DNA of 64,000 nt, from the NCBI RefSeq assembly GCF_011745625.1, contig NW_027191453.1, positions 496,001 to 560,000 on the forward strand, read 5' to 3'. Source of the stretch: Cladosporium halotolerans. Taxonomy: Eukaryota. Below the pieces are notes generated by a model. The model was not told the origin of the DNA. It did no database searches and worked only from the letters and a program-made list of their open reading frames with translations. Positions 13,173-26,246 of the stretch are shown here, in pieces (the stretch's first letter is position 1; each line of letters begins with the position of its first letter). The position numbers and the translations under genes were made by a program.

Positions 13173-14685
13173 ATGTCCCACCCCCTCTCCGAACGCGACC
13201 TCCTCTTCCCCCACGCCTCCACCAGCCTGCGCGACACCCTGCACACGCTCAAGCGCAGCAACCTCAGCATCCGCAACCGGCTGCGCAGCATCGCGTCGGA
13301 CGGAGCTTTCGTCTCGCGCGTCGCGGAAAGCTTGCGGTTGCCGCTCGTGGCCAACGAGCGCTGCGGCAGCTGGTACATGGACGCGGAGGGCAAGGCGGGG
13401 AGCGCGTACTTCAAGTCGACGGACGGGCACTTCGGCGAGTGGGGGTTTAGTCTGAGGAGGCTGAATTTGGGCGTGCTGGGGGTTGTGGGGGGTCGGGGAG
13501 GGTATGTAGGATTTTTTCTTTGGCTTTGTGTTTGTCATTTGATATTGATATTATATATGATTTGCCACCATGACTTCCGTCTTCCTCCCACCCACCGTTC
13601 TGTCACGAAGTCTGATCCAGCAAGATCGAAAAGCTAACCGACGACCGAACAGGTGCATCATCGTCGACAGCACGCGGCGCGGCAAGAGCATGCCCGACGC
13701 GCTGTCGAAGACAGTGGGGATCTGGATCGTCGTGATGAACCGCCTGCTCTTCGACGACCGACCCGACTCGCACGAGCTCCTGACGCCGGCCGAAGTGGTC
13801 TCCGACTCCGAACACGCGCAGATCGAAGAACGGCTCGATCGGTTCGTGCGAGAAGCGCGGGCGCTGCAGCTCGACTTGGACGACCTGCGAGCGAGAGTGA
13901 AGAAGCCGATGCGGCCCGTTTGGGTTACTCCGGCGACGAGCCTGGATGAGTTGGAGCCGCCGTCGGAAGAGGATTCGTTCAATACGGTCGTGTTGTGTAC
14001 TGCTTCTAGCAAGCCGTCGGTTGGGGTCCGCGATGATCCTGATTATGTGCAGGGAGCTGCTGACGATCACGAAGCGTGGTCGTGTGGGCTGACAGCGCCT
14101 GAATTTTGGAGGAACAAAGAAGTGCTATTGGCGACGAATGAGCACGATCTTCCAGCCAAGATAGCAGAAGTGATGCAGACTCCCGCTAGAGATGGCGATG
14201 TCAGACCACCGGTCTTGATCAAGCCGACCGCTTCGGTTTTCATTGGGGATGCGGCCACAGTGGAGCAAGCAAGCTCGACAGTAGCCGCCGTTGTATACTG
14301 TGGAGCGAAGCTCGACGCCAACGTCGGAGAAAGCATTGAAAAGCGTGGAGCCGTGTTCATCCATCTGTCATGCACAAGTGGCAAGAACGGGAGTCGTCAA
14401 TTGCGCGCATCCTTGCCAGCTCTGGACGACCTGCAAAAGGTCAAAGACCAAGAGCCCAAGATACTCATCGTCGGTGAAGATAGCGAAGACATGGCCGTTG
14501 GAGCTGCCCTAGCAGTCATTTGTTCATACGTCGACGAGACCGGTAAGCTGGACTGCACCAATCGTCGACCAGTTACGAACAAGGTCGAAATCAAGAAGCG
14601 GCTAAGCTGGATCATTGTCTCCAAGCCGGACGCCGCTCCCAGTCGCGCGACACTCCAGAGCGTGAATTCGTACCTCATGGGGTGA
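13173..14685 (+). CDS. RIT1: Initiator tRNA A64 2'-O-ribosylphosphate transferase Rit1, 2 exons (13173-13501, 13653-14685)
   Basis: LSIRNRLRSI, PLVANERCGSWY, SAYFKSTDGH, GGCIIVDSTRRGKSMPDALSKT, YVQGAADDHEAW and PSRATLQSVNSYLM. Intron GTATGT..CTAAC..AG. Confidence 0.93.
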
Positions 14686-14707
14686 TCTATTCGCGGATAC
14701 CATGACT

Positions 14708-16453
14708 TCAATCGTCATCGCTGTCCGATCCGTCATCCGTGAGCCACTTGCTCATGTACGGACCGTCGAGCCAGTATCCCAGACGCTTGTAATATCCGCG
14801 GACACCCACTCCAGAAATGACAGCGATCTTTGAAGAGCCGTGTTCATCACGGGCAATCCTCTCAGCTTCTTGCATCAGCAGCGTGCCATAGCCTTGGTGC
14901 TGACTCTTGCCCTTGACACGCTCGTGGATGGGGACTGCAGAGCCGTACACGTGCAGCTCACGGACCAGACTGCTCTGCTGGCCGGTCAACTCCTCGCGGT
15001 AGGTGTACTTCTTGGTGCATTTCCTGAGGCGAAGCAGGCCGATGAGGATGTCCTGCTTAGGATCCTCGTAAGCCAGGAACGTCTCCCAGCCGCCGTTGGC
15101 GACGTAGTCGCGGCGGACCAGCTCGACTTGGTTCGGCCTGATCTTATGCTTGACTTCGTTGACACCGACCTCGCGCGTGCGCACATCGCGACAGCTGGTG
15201 CCGAAATCTTTCATGCGAGCGAGCGCCAACTCGCGGAGGTTGCCGTTCTCAACACCAGAGGTGACCAGGGGCATGGGAATGTCACGCTGAACACGATAGA
15301 TACGGGTCCAGGGCGGGATGAGGGCGAGGATGCGTGCCACCAAATCGATAAGCACGTTCGGAGTGTAGTTCTTGTATCGCCCAGTCCGCCACAGCTCGTA
15401 CAGACCGGTGCCACGGATGACCAGTGTAGGGTAGATTTTCAGACCGTCGGTGCGGAAGCCAGGGTTCTCAAAGTATTCCTGGAACTGGAAGAGATCGCGC
15501 TCGAGACCAACGTTGGGCAGATCAGGCATCATGTGAGAGACGACCTTGAACCCTGCGTCCTTCGACATAGCGAATGTCTCCATGACGGCCTTGACGGTGT
15601 GCCCACGGTTTGTGTCTCTCGCAACGTCCTCGTACAAGCTCTGAACACCGACTTCGAGACGAGTGCAGCCATATCTGAGCATGTCTGACAAATGCGGAGG
15701 CAGACAGTAGTCTGGTCTTGTCTCGATTGTGATACCAACACACTTTGTGTTGCTCATCTCGCCAGCCATAACCGCCTCTTCCACATTGTTCGTCTGATAG
15801 CCCGACAGCGCGTTGTGAAGCTGGGAAATGAACTCTTCTCTGTACTTGGGGCTCAAGCTCATGAATGTGCCTCCCATGATGATGTACTCCACCTTATCCA
15901 CGCTGTGCCCCATATTCCTGATCTGATCGACTCTGCCTCTTGCCTGCTCGAAAGGATCGTATCGTGCCCGGATGGCACGCATACTCGTGGGCTCATATCC
16001 AGTGTATGACTGTGTCGAGTACTCGAAGTCGCTGTCCGGACCACCAGGGCAGTATACGCAAATGTTTCCAGTGTAGGCAATATGGGGACATCTGTGCGGC
16101 TTGCACATGACAGCCACGACAGCAATACCAGAAGCACTTCGAATCGGCTTCGCAATCAGCTTGGGCAAAATATATTTCTTGTAATGCTCCGGGACGGCAG
16201 CAATAATGGCTGTGAGGGGTGGCAAGATCGAGAGGTAGTGCTTCTTCGCAACCTGACCTCGCAGGGCGTTAAGGTTGATATCCTTCTTGACGCCCGTTTG
16301 TTGTGTCTGCTCATAGTCCTCGACCAGGGCGTTGGCAATGTCGGCGCATGCGCGCATGTAGCGCTCGTTTTCGGGTGCCAATTTCTTGAGGTTGGCCGCG
16401 CCCATGCGTTTCCCTTTGCCAATTACCGGCTCGGTCATGGTGGCTGTCGCCAT
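14708..16453 (-). CDS. ELP3: Elongator subunit Elp3 (radical SAM plus acetyltransferase), intronless
   Basis: [24 protein letters not shown] radical-SAM motif, [21 protein letters not shown] and GPYMSK. Confidence 0.97.
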   Translation of the reverse strand: MATATMTEPVIGKGKRMGAANLKKLAPENERYMRACADIANALVEDYEQTQQTGVKKDINLNALRGQVAKKHYLSILPPLTAIIAAVPEHYKKYILPKLIAKPIRSASGIAVVAVMCKPHRCPHIAYTGNICVYCPGGPDSDFEYSTQSYTGYEPTSMRAIRARYDPFEQARGRVDQIRNMGHSVDKVEYIIMGGTFMSLSPKYREEFISQLHNALSGYQTNNVEEAVMAGEMSNTKCVGITIETRPDYCLPPHLSDMLRYGCTRLEVGVQSLYEDVARDTNRGHTVKAVMETFAMSKDAGFKVVSHMMPDLPNVGLERDLFQFQEYFENPGFRTDGLKIYPTLVIRGTGLYELWRTGRYKNYTPNVLIDLVARILALIPPWTRIYRVQRDIPMPLVTSGVENGNLRELALARMKDFGTSCRDVRTREVGVNEVKHKIRPNQVELVRRDYVANGGWETFLAYEDPKQDILIGLLRLRKCTKKYTYREELTGQQSSLVRELHVYGSAVPIHERVKGKSQHQGYGTLLMQEAERIARDEHGSSKIAVISGVGVRGYYKRLGYWLDGPYMSKWLTDDGSDSDDD

Positions 16454-16855
16454 GACGGCGGAGTATGTTCCTGAGATTGGCGTGCGCTCTCGGTATCAAA
16501 CTCCTCGTGGAATGGGCCCTGGTTATGCAGTCGTCCAGTACAGTAGAAATGTTTCTCGTGTCCCAAAAGTCGGCCTCTGCAATCGATAACTCAGAGCCTC
16601 AAAGTCTCACACCAGATGGCGGGGCGCCGGGCTGCTCGCGCGGCTCGGCGCGGGCGATTGCTTGGCTTTCGGGTTGTTACGGTCTTCGGCGGGAGCTTTT
16701 CGGAGACCTCGGGGGAGCTCTCAAGCAGCTTCTGCTTGCTGCTTGCGACCTCAGCTTCTATTCGCACTTCAATACCCCTTGAGATACCCCCACCCCTCCC
16801 CTCCAATCCCTCCTTCACTCGCTCTTCCAGGCGTCGACGGAGCTGTAGGGCCAAC

Positions 16856-18068
16856 ATGCAGTCCCTCCGCCAACCTCTGACCCGCGCTGTGCGCTCCGCC
16901 AACCTCACCCGCTCCGCATACTCCTCTGTCGCGCCCTCGACCGGCTACGCGTCTACCAACTCCAACCTGCGCATCTCCGACCAGACCAAGGTTGTCTTCC
17001 AGGGCTTCACCGGCAAGCAGGGTACCTTCCACGCCCAGCAGGCCATTGACTACGGCACCAACGTCGTTGGCGGAACCAACCCCAAGAAGGCCGGCCAGGA
17101 GCACCTTGGCAAGCCCGTCTTTGCCAATGTCGCCGACGCTGTGAAGCAGACCGGCGCCAACGCCTCTGCCATCTTCGTCCCTCCTCCTCTCGCCGCCGCC
17201 GGTATCGAGGAGGCTATCGCTGCTGAGATCGGCCTTGTCGTCTGCATTACTGAGGGTATCCCCCAGCACGACATGGTCCGCATCACCGACATCCTGAAGA
17301 CACAGAGCAAGACCAGACTGGTTGGCCCTAACTGCCCCGGTATCATCGCTCCGGTAAGCATACCCTTCATCCATACCGTCCATACGTTCCCCTGGCCTAC
17401 GAGCGCAAGCAAAAAGATGAGAAAATATATACAAAACATGATAGGAAGAGTATGAGCTGTTACACAGTTTTGATTACTCTAGAAACACTCTGATATCGAC
17501 GTGATACCAAACACAATCGTACCTCACACCTCTCCGAGTGCAACCCACTAACGCACCCTCCCAGGGCCAATGCAAGATCGGCATCATGCCCGGCTTCATC
17601 CACAAGCGCGGCCGCATCGGCATCGTCTCGCGTTCCGGCACTCTGACCTACGAAGCCGTCAACCAGACGACGCAAGCCGGCCTGGGTCAGTCGCTCGTCG
17701 TCGGCATCGGCGGCGACCCCTTCAGCGGCACGAACTTCATCGACTGCTTGAAGGTCTTCCTCGAGGACCCGGAGACGGACGGCATCATCATGATCGGCGA
17801 GATTGGCGGCTCCGCCGAGGAGGACGCGGCCGACTTCCTGCGCGAGGCCAACAAGGAGAAGCAGAAGCCCGTCGTCTCCTTCATCGCCGGCATCTCCGCG
17901 CCGCCCGGCAGGCGCATGGGCCACGCCGGCGCCATCGTCTCCGGCGGCAAGGGCGGTGCTGACAGCAAGATTTCCGCGCTCGAGTCCGCGGGCGTCATTG
18001 TTGAGCGCAGCCCTGCGGCTCTCGGCAAGACTCTGCGCGAGGAGTTTGTCAGGAAGGACATGCTTTAA
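16856..18068 (+). CDS. LSC1: Succinyl-CoA ligase alpha subunit, mitochondrial, 2 exons (16856-17353, 17565-18068)
   Basis: Arg/Ser-rich presequence, [38 protein letters not shown] and the phospho-His motif RRMGHAGA. Confidence 0.96.
17411..17496 (+). ncRNA. Candidate intronic box C/D snoRNA guiding LSU rRNA 2'-O-methylation
   Basis: Box C-like AAGATGA 17414-17420. Guide ATGATAGGAAGAG 17438-17450 is the reverse complement of conserved LSU rRNA CUCUUCCUAUCAU. D' ATGA 17452-17455, C' TTGATTA 17470-17476, D CTGA 17490-17493, about 55 nt upstream of the CTAAC branch point. Confidence 0.7.
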
Positions 18069-18388
18069 GCGGAGAGCCTGTTTGAGAGAGAGCGGCTTTC
18101 TTTCCACTGTTGTTAATTTTACGCGGGCTCCAGTTTCAGAGCTCTTTTTTGTCGAAGGCACCTTTTTTTTGTCGTCTCATGGTGTAGCGCATATAGGACT
18201 GGCTCATTCATCCCCCCGGGCGGTCTAAACTTGTACAGTCACGTCATCTCTTCCGAAATCACGCTGCATTCTGCTTCAACTGTCTCAAACCCCATTTCGT
18301 ACAGTGACGATTCTGCGTAATAATTGCATGGCGTCTTCACGGTCTACCTCCAATCACTCCCATCCAACCCACGTAGACAAACCAACCC

Positions 18389-20371
18389 CTACCTTACACT
18401 AACCCCCGCGCCCTTCCCATCCCTCTCAACGTGCTCCGCCTCCCCGTAGCCCCCATCCTCCTCAAACGCCTTCCCAGAAGCATCCCCCGGCGCCGCCTGC
18501 GGCCCGCCGTGCGAGATCTGCTCGAGCGAGCGCCCGCGCGTCTCCACAAGGCCGAACCACGCGTAAAAGGCGATGACGAAGTCGAACAGGCCCCAGAGGA
18601 GGAAGGTGCCCCCTGTGACGGTGTTAGTAAGAGGTAGAGGAGGGGAGGGATTGCGGGGAGGGGGAGAACGTACAGCCCATGTTTTTGATCATGTAGGGGG
18701 TTGTGAGGGAGAAGACGAAATTGAAGAGCCACTAGAGAGAGAGAGACTGGTTAGTCGATGCGCGGGTGAGGGATGGAAATGGGATTGCAACGACGGACCT
18801 GGCTCGAGACGCCGACGGCAATGCCCGGCTCGCGCGTGCGCGTCGGGAAGATCTCGCTCACGTACGGCCAGGGCAGCGGGCCCCAGGAGAAGTTGTACGC
18901 GATGACGAAGAGGTAGATCAGCGCGATGGTGGCGATGCCGGAGGAGGTGATGGCGCCGTTCTCGGCTGGGTAGGTTTTGACGACGGCGGCGGTGGAGATC
19001 TGGCACGCGGCCATGAAGAGCGCGCCGAAGGTCAGGATGCTGCGGCGGTTCACGGTGTCGGCCACGAAGAGGACGAAGGTCAGGCAGGCGGCGACTTTGA
19101 TCGCGCCGAAGATGGCGGTCAGCAAGAGGGAGGAGTTGTCGCGGTCGCCGACGAGGAGCTTGAAGTATTGGGGGCCGAAGTAGGCGAAGCTGAATTCGGT
19201 GTTAGTATCTCAGCGGTCCTGTGGGCGGGATTAAGATGGTATTCTTACGCTGTGGCTCCGGTTGCTTGTTGGGCGGTAAAGACCGCTGCAGCGGTTACGG
19301 TACGTCTCCAGTTGTGCTTGTCGACCATTTCTGAAGAAAGTCAGACACACATTCTCTCGTCAAAGGTGGCATGATACTGACCGATCAACCTGAATCCTTC
19401 TCTGGCATGCATCTCATGCTCGACGCCGTTTCGAATCTCTTCCATCTCGAGCCTCGTACCTTCATCATCGCTCGCTCTGATCCACTTCAGGCTTGCCCAA
19501 GCCTCGTCGTGTCGACCGTGGACCGTCAGCCAACGAACTGACTCCTTCAACGTGAGCATGCCGAGGCCGAGCAGACCGGCTGGAAGCATCTGCAAACCGA
19601 TAGGAATCTGCCATTGTCGGGATTCAGTGTTCGGAATGTCTCTGGCGACTCCGTAATCGACCCAGTAGGATGTGAAGATGCCTGGCAATCGATCAGTCGA
19701 GCCTTACTATGGGACTTGACACCCGACCATACCGAATGTGAACATGAGTTGATAGAAGCTGCCAATTTGCCCACGAAGCTCTTTGGGTGTCATCTCACTG
19801 CTGAACATTGGAACAACGACACTACTACCACCGAGGCCAAGTCCAGCGATTACTCTTGCGACATAGAAGGCAGAAGTCGAATGCGTGTTGATGGTCTGGA
19901 TGATGACGCCACCGACGAAGATGGCTGAACATATCATAATAGCTTTCTTGCGACCGAGCCTGATTGTAGGTATCATCTCTGATCAGCTTTGTTGTTGCAA
20001 GACTAGCTCGTGTTGCATGTGACATACTTGTGAGTAATTGGCCAGATTAGGAAGCAGGCGACGAATGCACCCAACTGCTGCAGACCGTTGGCCAAAGACT
20101 GCACTCTGGTCGCCTCCGCTTTGGTGTATCGAAAGTCATTTTCGTACGAGGTGAGGGTGAGAACACCGCCGCTGCAGACACGTCAATACTGTCAGACAAC
20201 AGGTACAAGAAGAGAAGGCCGCACATGATGCCGCTATCGTAACCAACTGTGAACGGTGTCAGCGTACACTCCGCGTGCTTGCACTTGGCATCACGTACAC
20301 AAGAAGCCGCCGATACAAACAACAACACCCAAATAGTAGGCGCGAAGCTTTCCGCCCGTCGTTAGAGCCAT
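18389..20371 (-). CDS. MFS sugar-porter family transporter (quinate permease-like), multi-exon
   Basis: Exon fragments: YYLGVVVCIGGFL/FGYDSGI, RLGRKKAI, VPMFSSEMTPKELRGQ, QWQIPIGLQ, ESVRWL, YNFSWGPLPWPYVSEIFPTRTR and ETRGRSLEQI. Exact internal exon boundaries not all resolved. Confidence 0.88.
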
Positions 20372-20636
20372 CGTTGCGCGCTCGGCAGGGTCTTGACTTG
20401 TGTCTTCAGAATCACGGCGGGAGCGAGGTAAAAGAGAGGTCGAGGGACCCGGCGCGTCGAGGTCATCCTCTCCCTCTAGATCAGCAACCCCGCGGCGATC
20501 CATGTCTCTGGGTCACGGTTACACCGCGAAAGGTAACAAGTGACACCCGAACCGGCTGCTCGGCGTGTCTATGCATTCACATAGCTGCAGGTGGGATTAT
20601 GTGATTGTCCAGCTGCCTCCTCGATAGGTCAGGACA

Positions 20637-20683
20637 GATGGTGTGATTGCCCTGAGGCGGCTGAAATGCGATGGTGTGATTGC
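20637..20683. promoter_or_regulatory. 14-bp direct repeat GATGGTGTGATTGC (2 copies) resembling a CYS-3/MetR bZIP site
   Basis: Copies at 20637-20650 and 20670-20683. The core ATGGTGTGAT matches ATGRYRYCAT at 9/10 positions. It lies in the divergent promoter of the MFS and sulfatase genes. Confidence 0.45.
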
Positions 20684-21295
20684 AGCACACCTCTCCTCCC
20701 GGGCTAGCTTCGCCAAAGGGGAGTTTGAAGTTTATTGCAGATTCGGGATCCTGGATAGCAACAGCTGGAAGGTGATGAATCTCGAATCTTAGCGGCGTGG
20801 TAGTTGTCTTTCCAGAAAGTCAGTTTGGATCAGCAGCATTCTCCTGGCCAAATAGGGAGATCTCGTCGCATGTTGTTGCGACATGGGCACGTGCGACAGG
20901 AGCAGGAGGATCTGGGGACACGCCATCGGGTCCACTCCGAGGTGTGGAGAAATGGCGCCAGCGCCAGCCTCCCGCGACGCTTCTCACCACCAAGCTTCTG
21001 CCTCCTACCGCCCCAAAAGCATCGAGTCTTTGTCAAAAGAGGGCGATAAGACATGTCGAGATAACACATCTCCTCGGCCTGCTGCTAGGCGTGCACGTTC
21101 AAGTCGTTTCAGAGAGCGTCTCGTGCTCTGGGTATGGATCTCTCATCTGCTGCACTACCATGTCGGTAAAGGCAGGCCTGCAGTGGGGCTCATCGTCGTT
21201 CCTGCGGGGAATACCACCTCACTCGCCAGCTAGGCTCGATCAACAACAAAGTACCGTGAGGACTCCAGACACGCGTTTCCACTGACTTATATTGA

Positions 21296-23336
<2,041 letters not shown>

Positions 23337-23512
23337 GGTGGAGGGGTTGTCGATTCACTCACATGTGATTGCTTTGAGAGCGCGAGTGCGTGGCGGGAGG
23401 CCGTTTTGCGTCTGCGCGTAGCTGTAGGCTCGAGCAATCGACAAACACCTCCACGCCTACAAAGTAGATCTCACCACAACATCCCCTCCAACACACCCAC
23501 CATCCCCCAATC

Positions 23513-23903
23513 ATGTCCCAAAAACCACCACCCAAACCCGCCAAACTCAAGCTCCGCCGACGCGCCGCTCCCTCGACGCCAGAACCGCTCACAGGAGCGC
23601 CCACGCCCCTCTCACGCCCCAGCACCAAATCGCAGCCCAAGAACCCTGCACGCAAAGACGCGCAGCCGCCCAGCGTCCCGAAAACACACAAGTCTGCCCA
23701 CAGCAACGAGCCCGACGACATCAGTTTCGAGCAGCTGGCCGAAATGCTCGGCGACGACAGTACGCATTACAACGAAGCGAGCCCATTCCACCTCAGCCGA
23801 AACCAAACGCTGACGTTGGACAGTGTTGAGCCTAAACGCGCTGTTCCACGCCGACGCCGACGCCGACGCCGGCTCCGGCGCAGCGGCCGCGGCGGACGGG
23901 TAG
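23513..23903 (+). CDS. Small basic hypothetical protein (about 108 aa), 2 exons (23513-23759, 23824-23903)
   Basis: ATG after a C/A-rich leader; intron GTACGC..GCTGAC..CAG. The spliced frame reads ..ISFEQLAEMLGDDMLSLNALFHADADADAGSGAAAADG*. Confidence 0.45.
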
Positions 23904-24448
23904 TGAGAAGACAGGTGCAGAGGGCCGGACGCCTTGCGGGCAGCGGACAAAGGCGGGCTCCGCGGAGGAAAAGCGCTTTCTTGATGGTTGTCGGGATGGT
24001 CCTGTTGTTGATGTGCCGCTGTGGATTGTCAGATTGCGCGCGCGCGGACGTTTGGAAGTCGGGAGACTGGTGGGTGGGGCTGGCACGTGACGATGAAGTT
24101 TAGCTTGGCTTCCAGTGGCTAGGTACCTACATTACTCGAGCTGCGCTTGCGGTACATCAGACTTGCGAAGGTGCGTTTGCGTCCTGTGAAGCTCTGCCTT
24201 CAGTGCCAACATGAAAGCGGTCTTTGTATCAGTCGGATCACTGAGCGACTGCCGCCATAAACGCAAAACGGACGAGCCACAAAATGACGAGGAAATCCAT
24301 GTTTGTGTTTGTTTGAACGTCATCTGAATTCATCAAACTATTAACTATTCCATCTTCCGGGAGTGTCTCGTAATTTTCATTTCCATGAAGAAGAAAGAGA
24401 GAAAAAAGGAAGAGATCCGCATCGTCGGCGTGAAAGCCCAAAACGCGT

Positions 24449-26246
24449 TTAGAAGACGGAACCCTTGCGCTCGACGTCCTCGGTGATCTCAGTACCGAGC
24501 TTGCCACCGGACTTCATGCCCATGTCGGCGGCGTAGGTGGAGGTCGGCTTCCACTTGGCGGAGGTACGCGGGGTGGTCTGCTCCATCATCTTGTCGACCT
24601 GCTCGAGCGAGAGACCCTTAGTCTCGGGGACGAGGAAGTAGGCGTAGATGAAGGCGCAGGTGCAGAGAGCGCCCCAGATCCAGAAGACGTGGGACTTGAG
24701 GTTGCCCTCGTCACTGTTCACCATGTAGGGGGTGATGACGGCGATGATACTGCGAGCGAAGTCAGTATATGAGTGTAGTGTGTTTGGGAAATCGAGTGAA
24801 ACTTACGTGTTCCACAGCCAGTTGGAGGCGGTGGAAAGAGCGACACCACGGGAACGGATCGGGAGAGGGAAGATCTCGCCGATAACGATCCAGGCACCGG
24901 GACCCCAGGTGCTGGCGAAGAAGAAGATAAAGATGGCAATGAAGGCGATCTGAGCGTTGACAGCGGAGATGTTGTCGGCGACAGTCTCACCAGCGGCGTT
25001 CTCGGATGTGTGGTTGAAACCAACGGTAACACCGATGATGGCGACGAGGAACTGGCAGATCAACATGCCAAAGGCGCCCCAGACGAGCAGAGGACGACGA
25101 CCGAGCTTCTCGACGGTGTAGAACGAGATCGGGGTGGAGCAAACGTTGACGAGGGTGAAGATCAGGGAGATCAGGAAGGTGTTGCTGATGGCGCCAGTAG
25201 ATGCAAGGAAGGGGGTGGAGTAGTAGAAGATGAAGTTGACACCAGTCCACTGCTGCATCATCTGGAGAGAGGTACCGAGGATGGTCTTGCGCAGGTTGGA
25301 GTTGGACTTGAAGACGGAGCCACGGAAGCAGTTGGCCCAGCCCTGGACCCAGCCGCCGGCAGGGATGATGGAACGCTCGTACTCCTCGTTGGCGACGATC
25401 TCGGAAAGCTCAGCCTCGATGTACTCGCTGTCGGCGGGCTGGCCACGGAGCTTGGCGAGAGACTGACGAGCCTTCTCAACACGGCCGCGCTTGACGAAGT
25501 ATCTGGGGGAGTCGGGGAGGAACAAAAGACCACCACCGAGGATGAAACCCCAGAGGAACTGGATGGCGATGGGAATGCGGTACTCGCCGGTATCGCCGCG
25601 GTTCTGGACTCCGTAGTTCACGCAGGCAGCAATGAGGAGACCGAGGGTGATGGCGAATTGGTATCCGGCAACGAGAGCACCGCGAACCTTCTTCGGGCAG
25701 ATCTCGGACATGTACAAGATGACGATGGCGGACTCGAAACCGACACCGAGACCGGCAACGAGACGACCAGCAACGATGAGGCCGAGGCCAGAAGAAGCAA
25801 CCTGAAGAATGACACCTAGAGCGGATTGTTAGTGACTGATTGCAACATCGACAATAGACCTCCCAAGGCGACTTACCGACAGTGTAGATACCGCAACCAG
25901 CGATGACAGTCCACTTGCGGCCGATGATGTCGGCAACGTCACCAGCGATGATCGCACCGAAGAAAGTACCAGCAGAGAGAATAGAAGTGATCAGAGAGAG
26001 CTTGCTACCAGCAAGCTCCTCGGCGCCAGGGCCTTCGACCAGCTGGATGAAAACAGGGGAGGCAGTGACACCGTTGATGTAGCCGGAGTCGTAGCCGAAG
26101 AAGATACCACCGAGAGAGGCGAAGGCGCACATGAGGTAGGCCTTCCAGGTAACGGGAGCCTCGATGCGCTCGACATCGGCGGTGGCAGACAGGCCGCGAA
26201 CGGGGGCGGCCGGGGCGGCGGCGACCTCGCTTTCCTTCTCAGCCAT
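24449..26246 (-). CDS. High-affinity glucose/hexose transporter (sugar porter), 3 exons (26246-25877, 25815-24807, 24749-24449)
   Basis: GGIFFGYDSGYING, DIIGRK, YMSEICPKKVRG, LPDSPRY, QMMQQWTGVNFIFYY, WGPGAWIVIGEIFPL and PETKGLSLEQVD; strong codon bias. Confidence 0.93.

Noticed and set aside
13502..13652. RIT1 intron (151 nt) with ATGA/CTGA boxes and a GACTTC/GAAGTC stem as a second snoRNA
   Set aside because: Box C is poor, and I could not match any segment to an rRNA or snRNA target from memory. A snoscan run would settle it.
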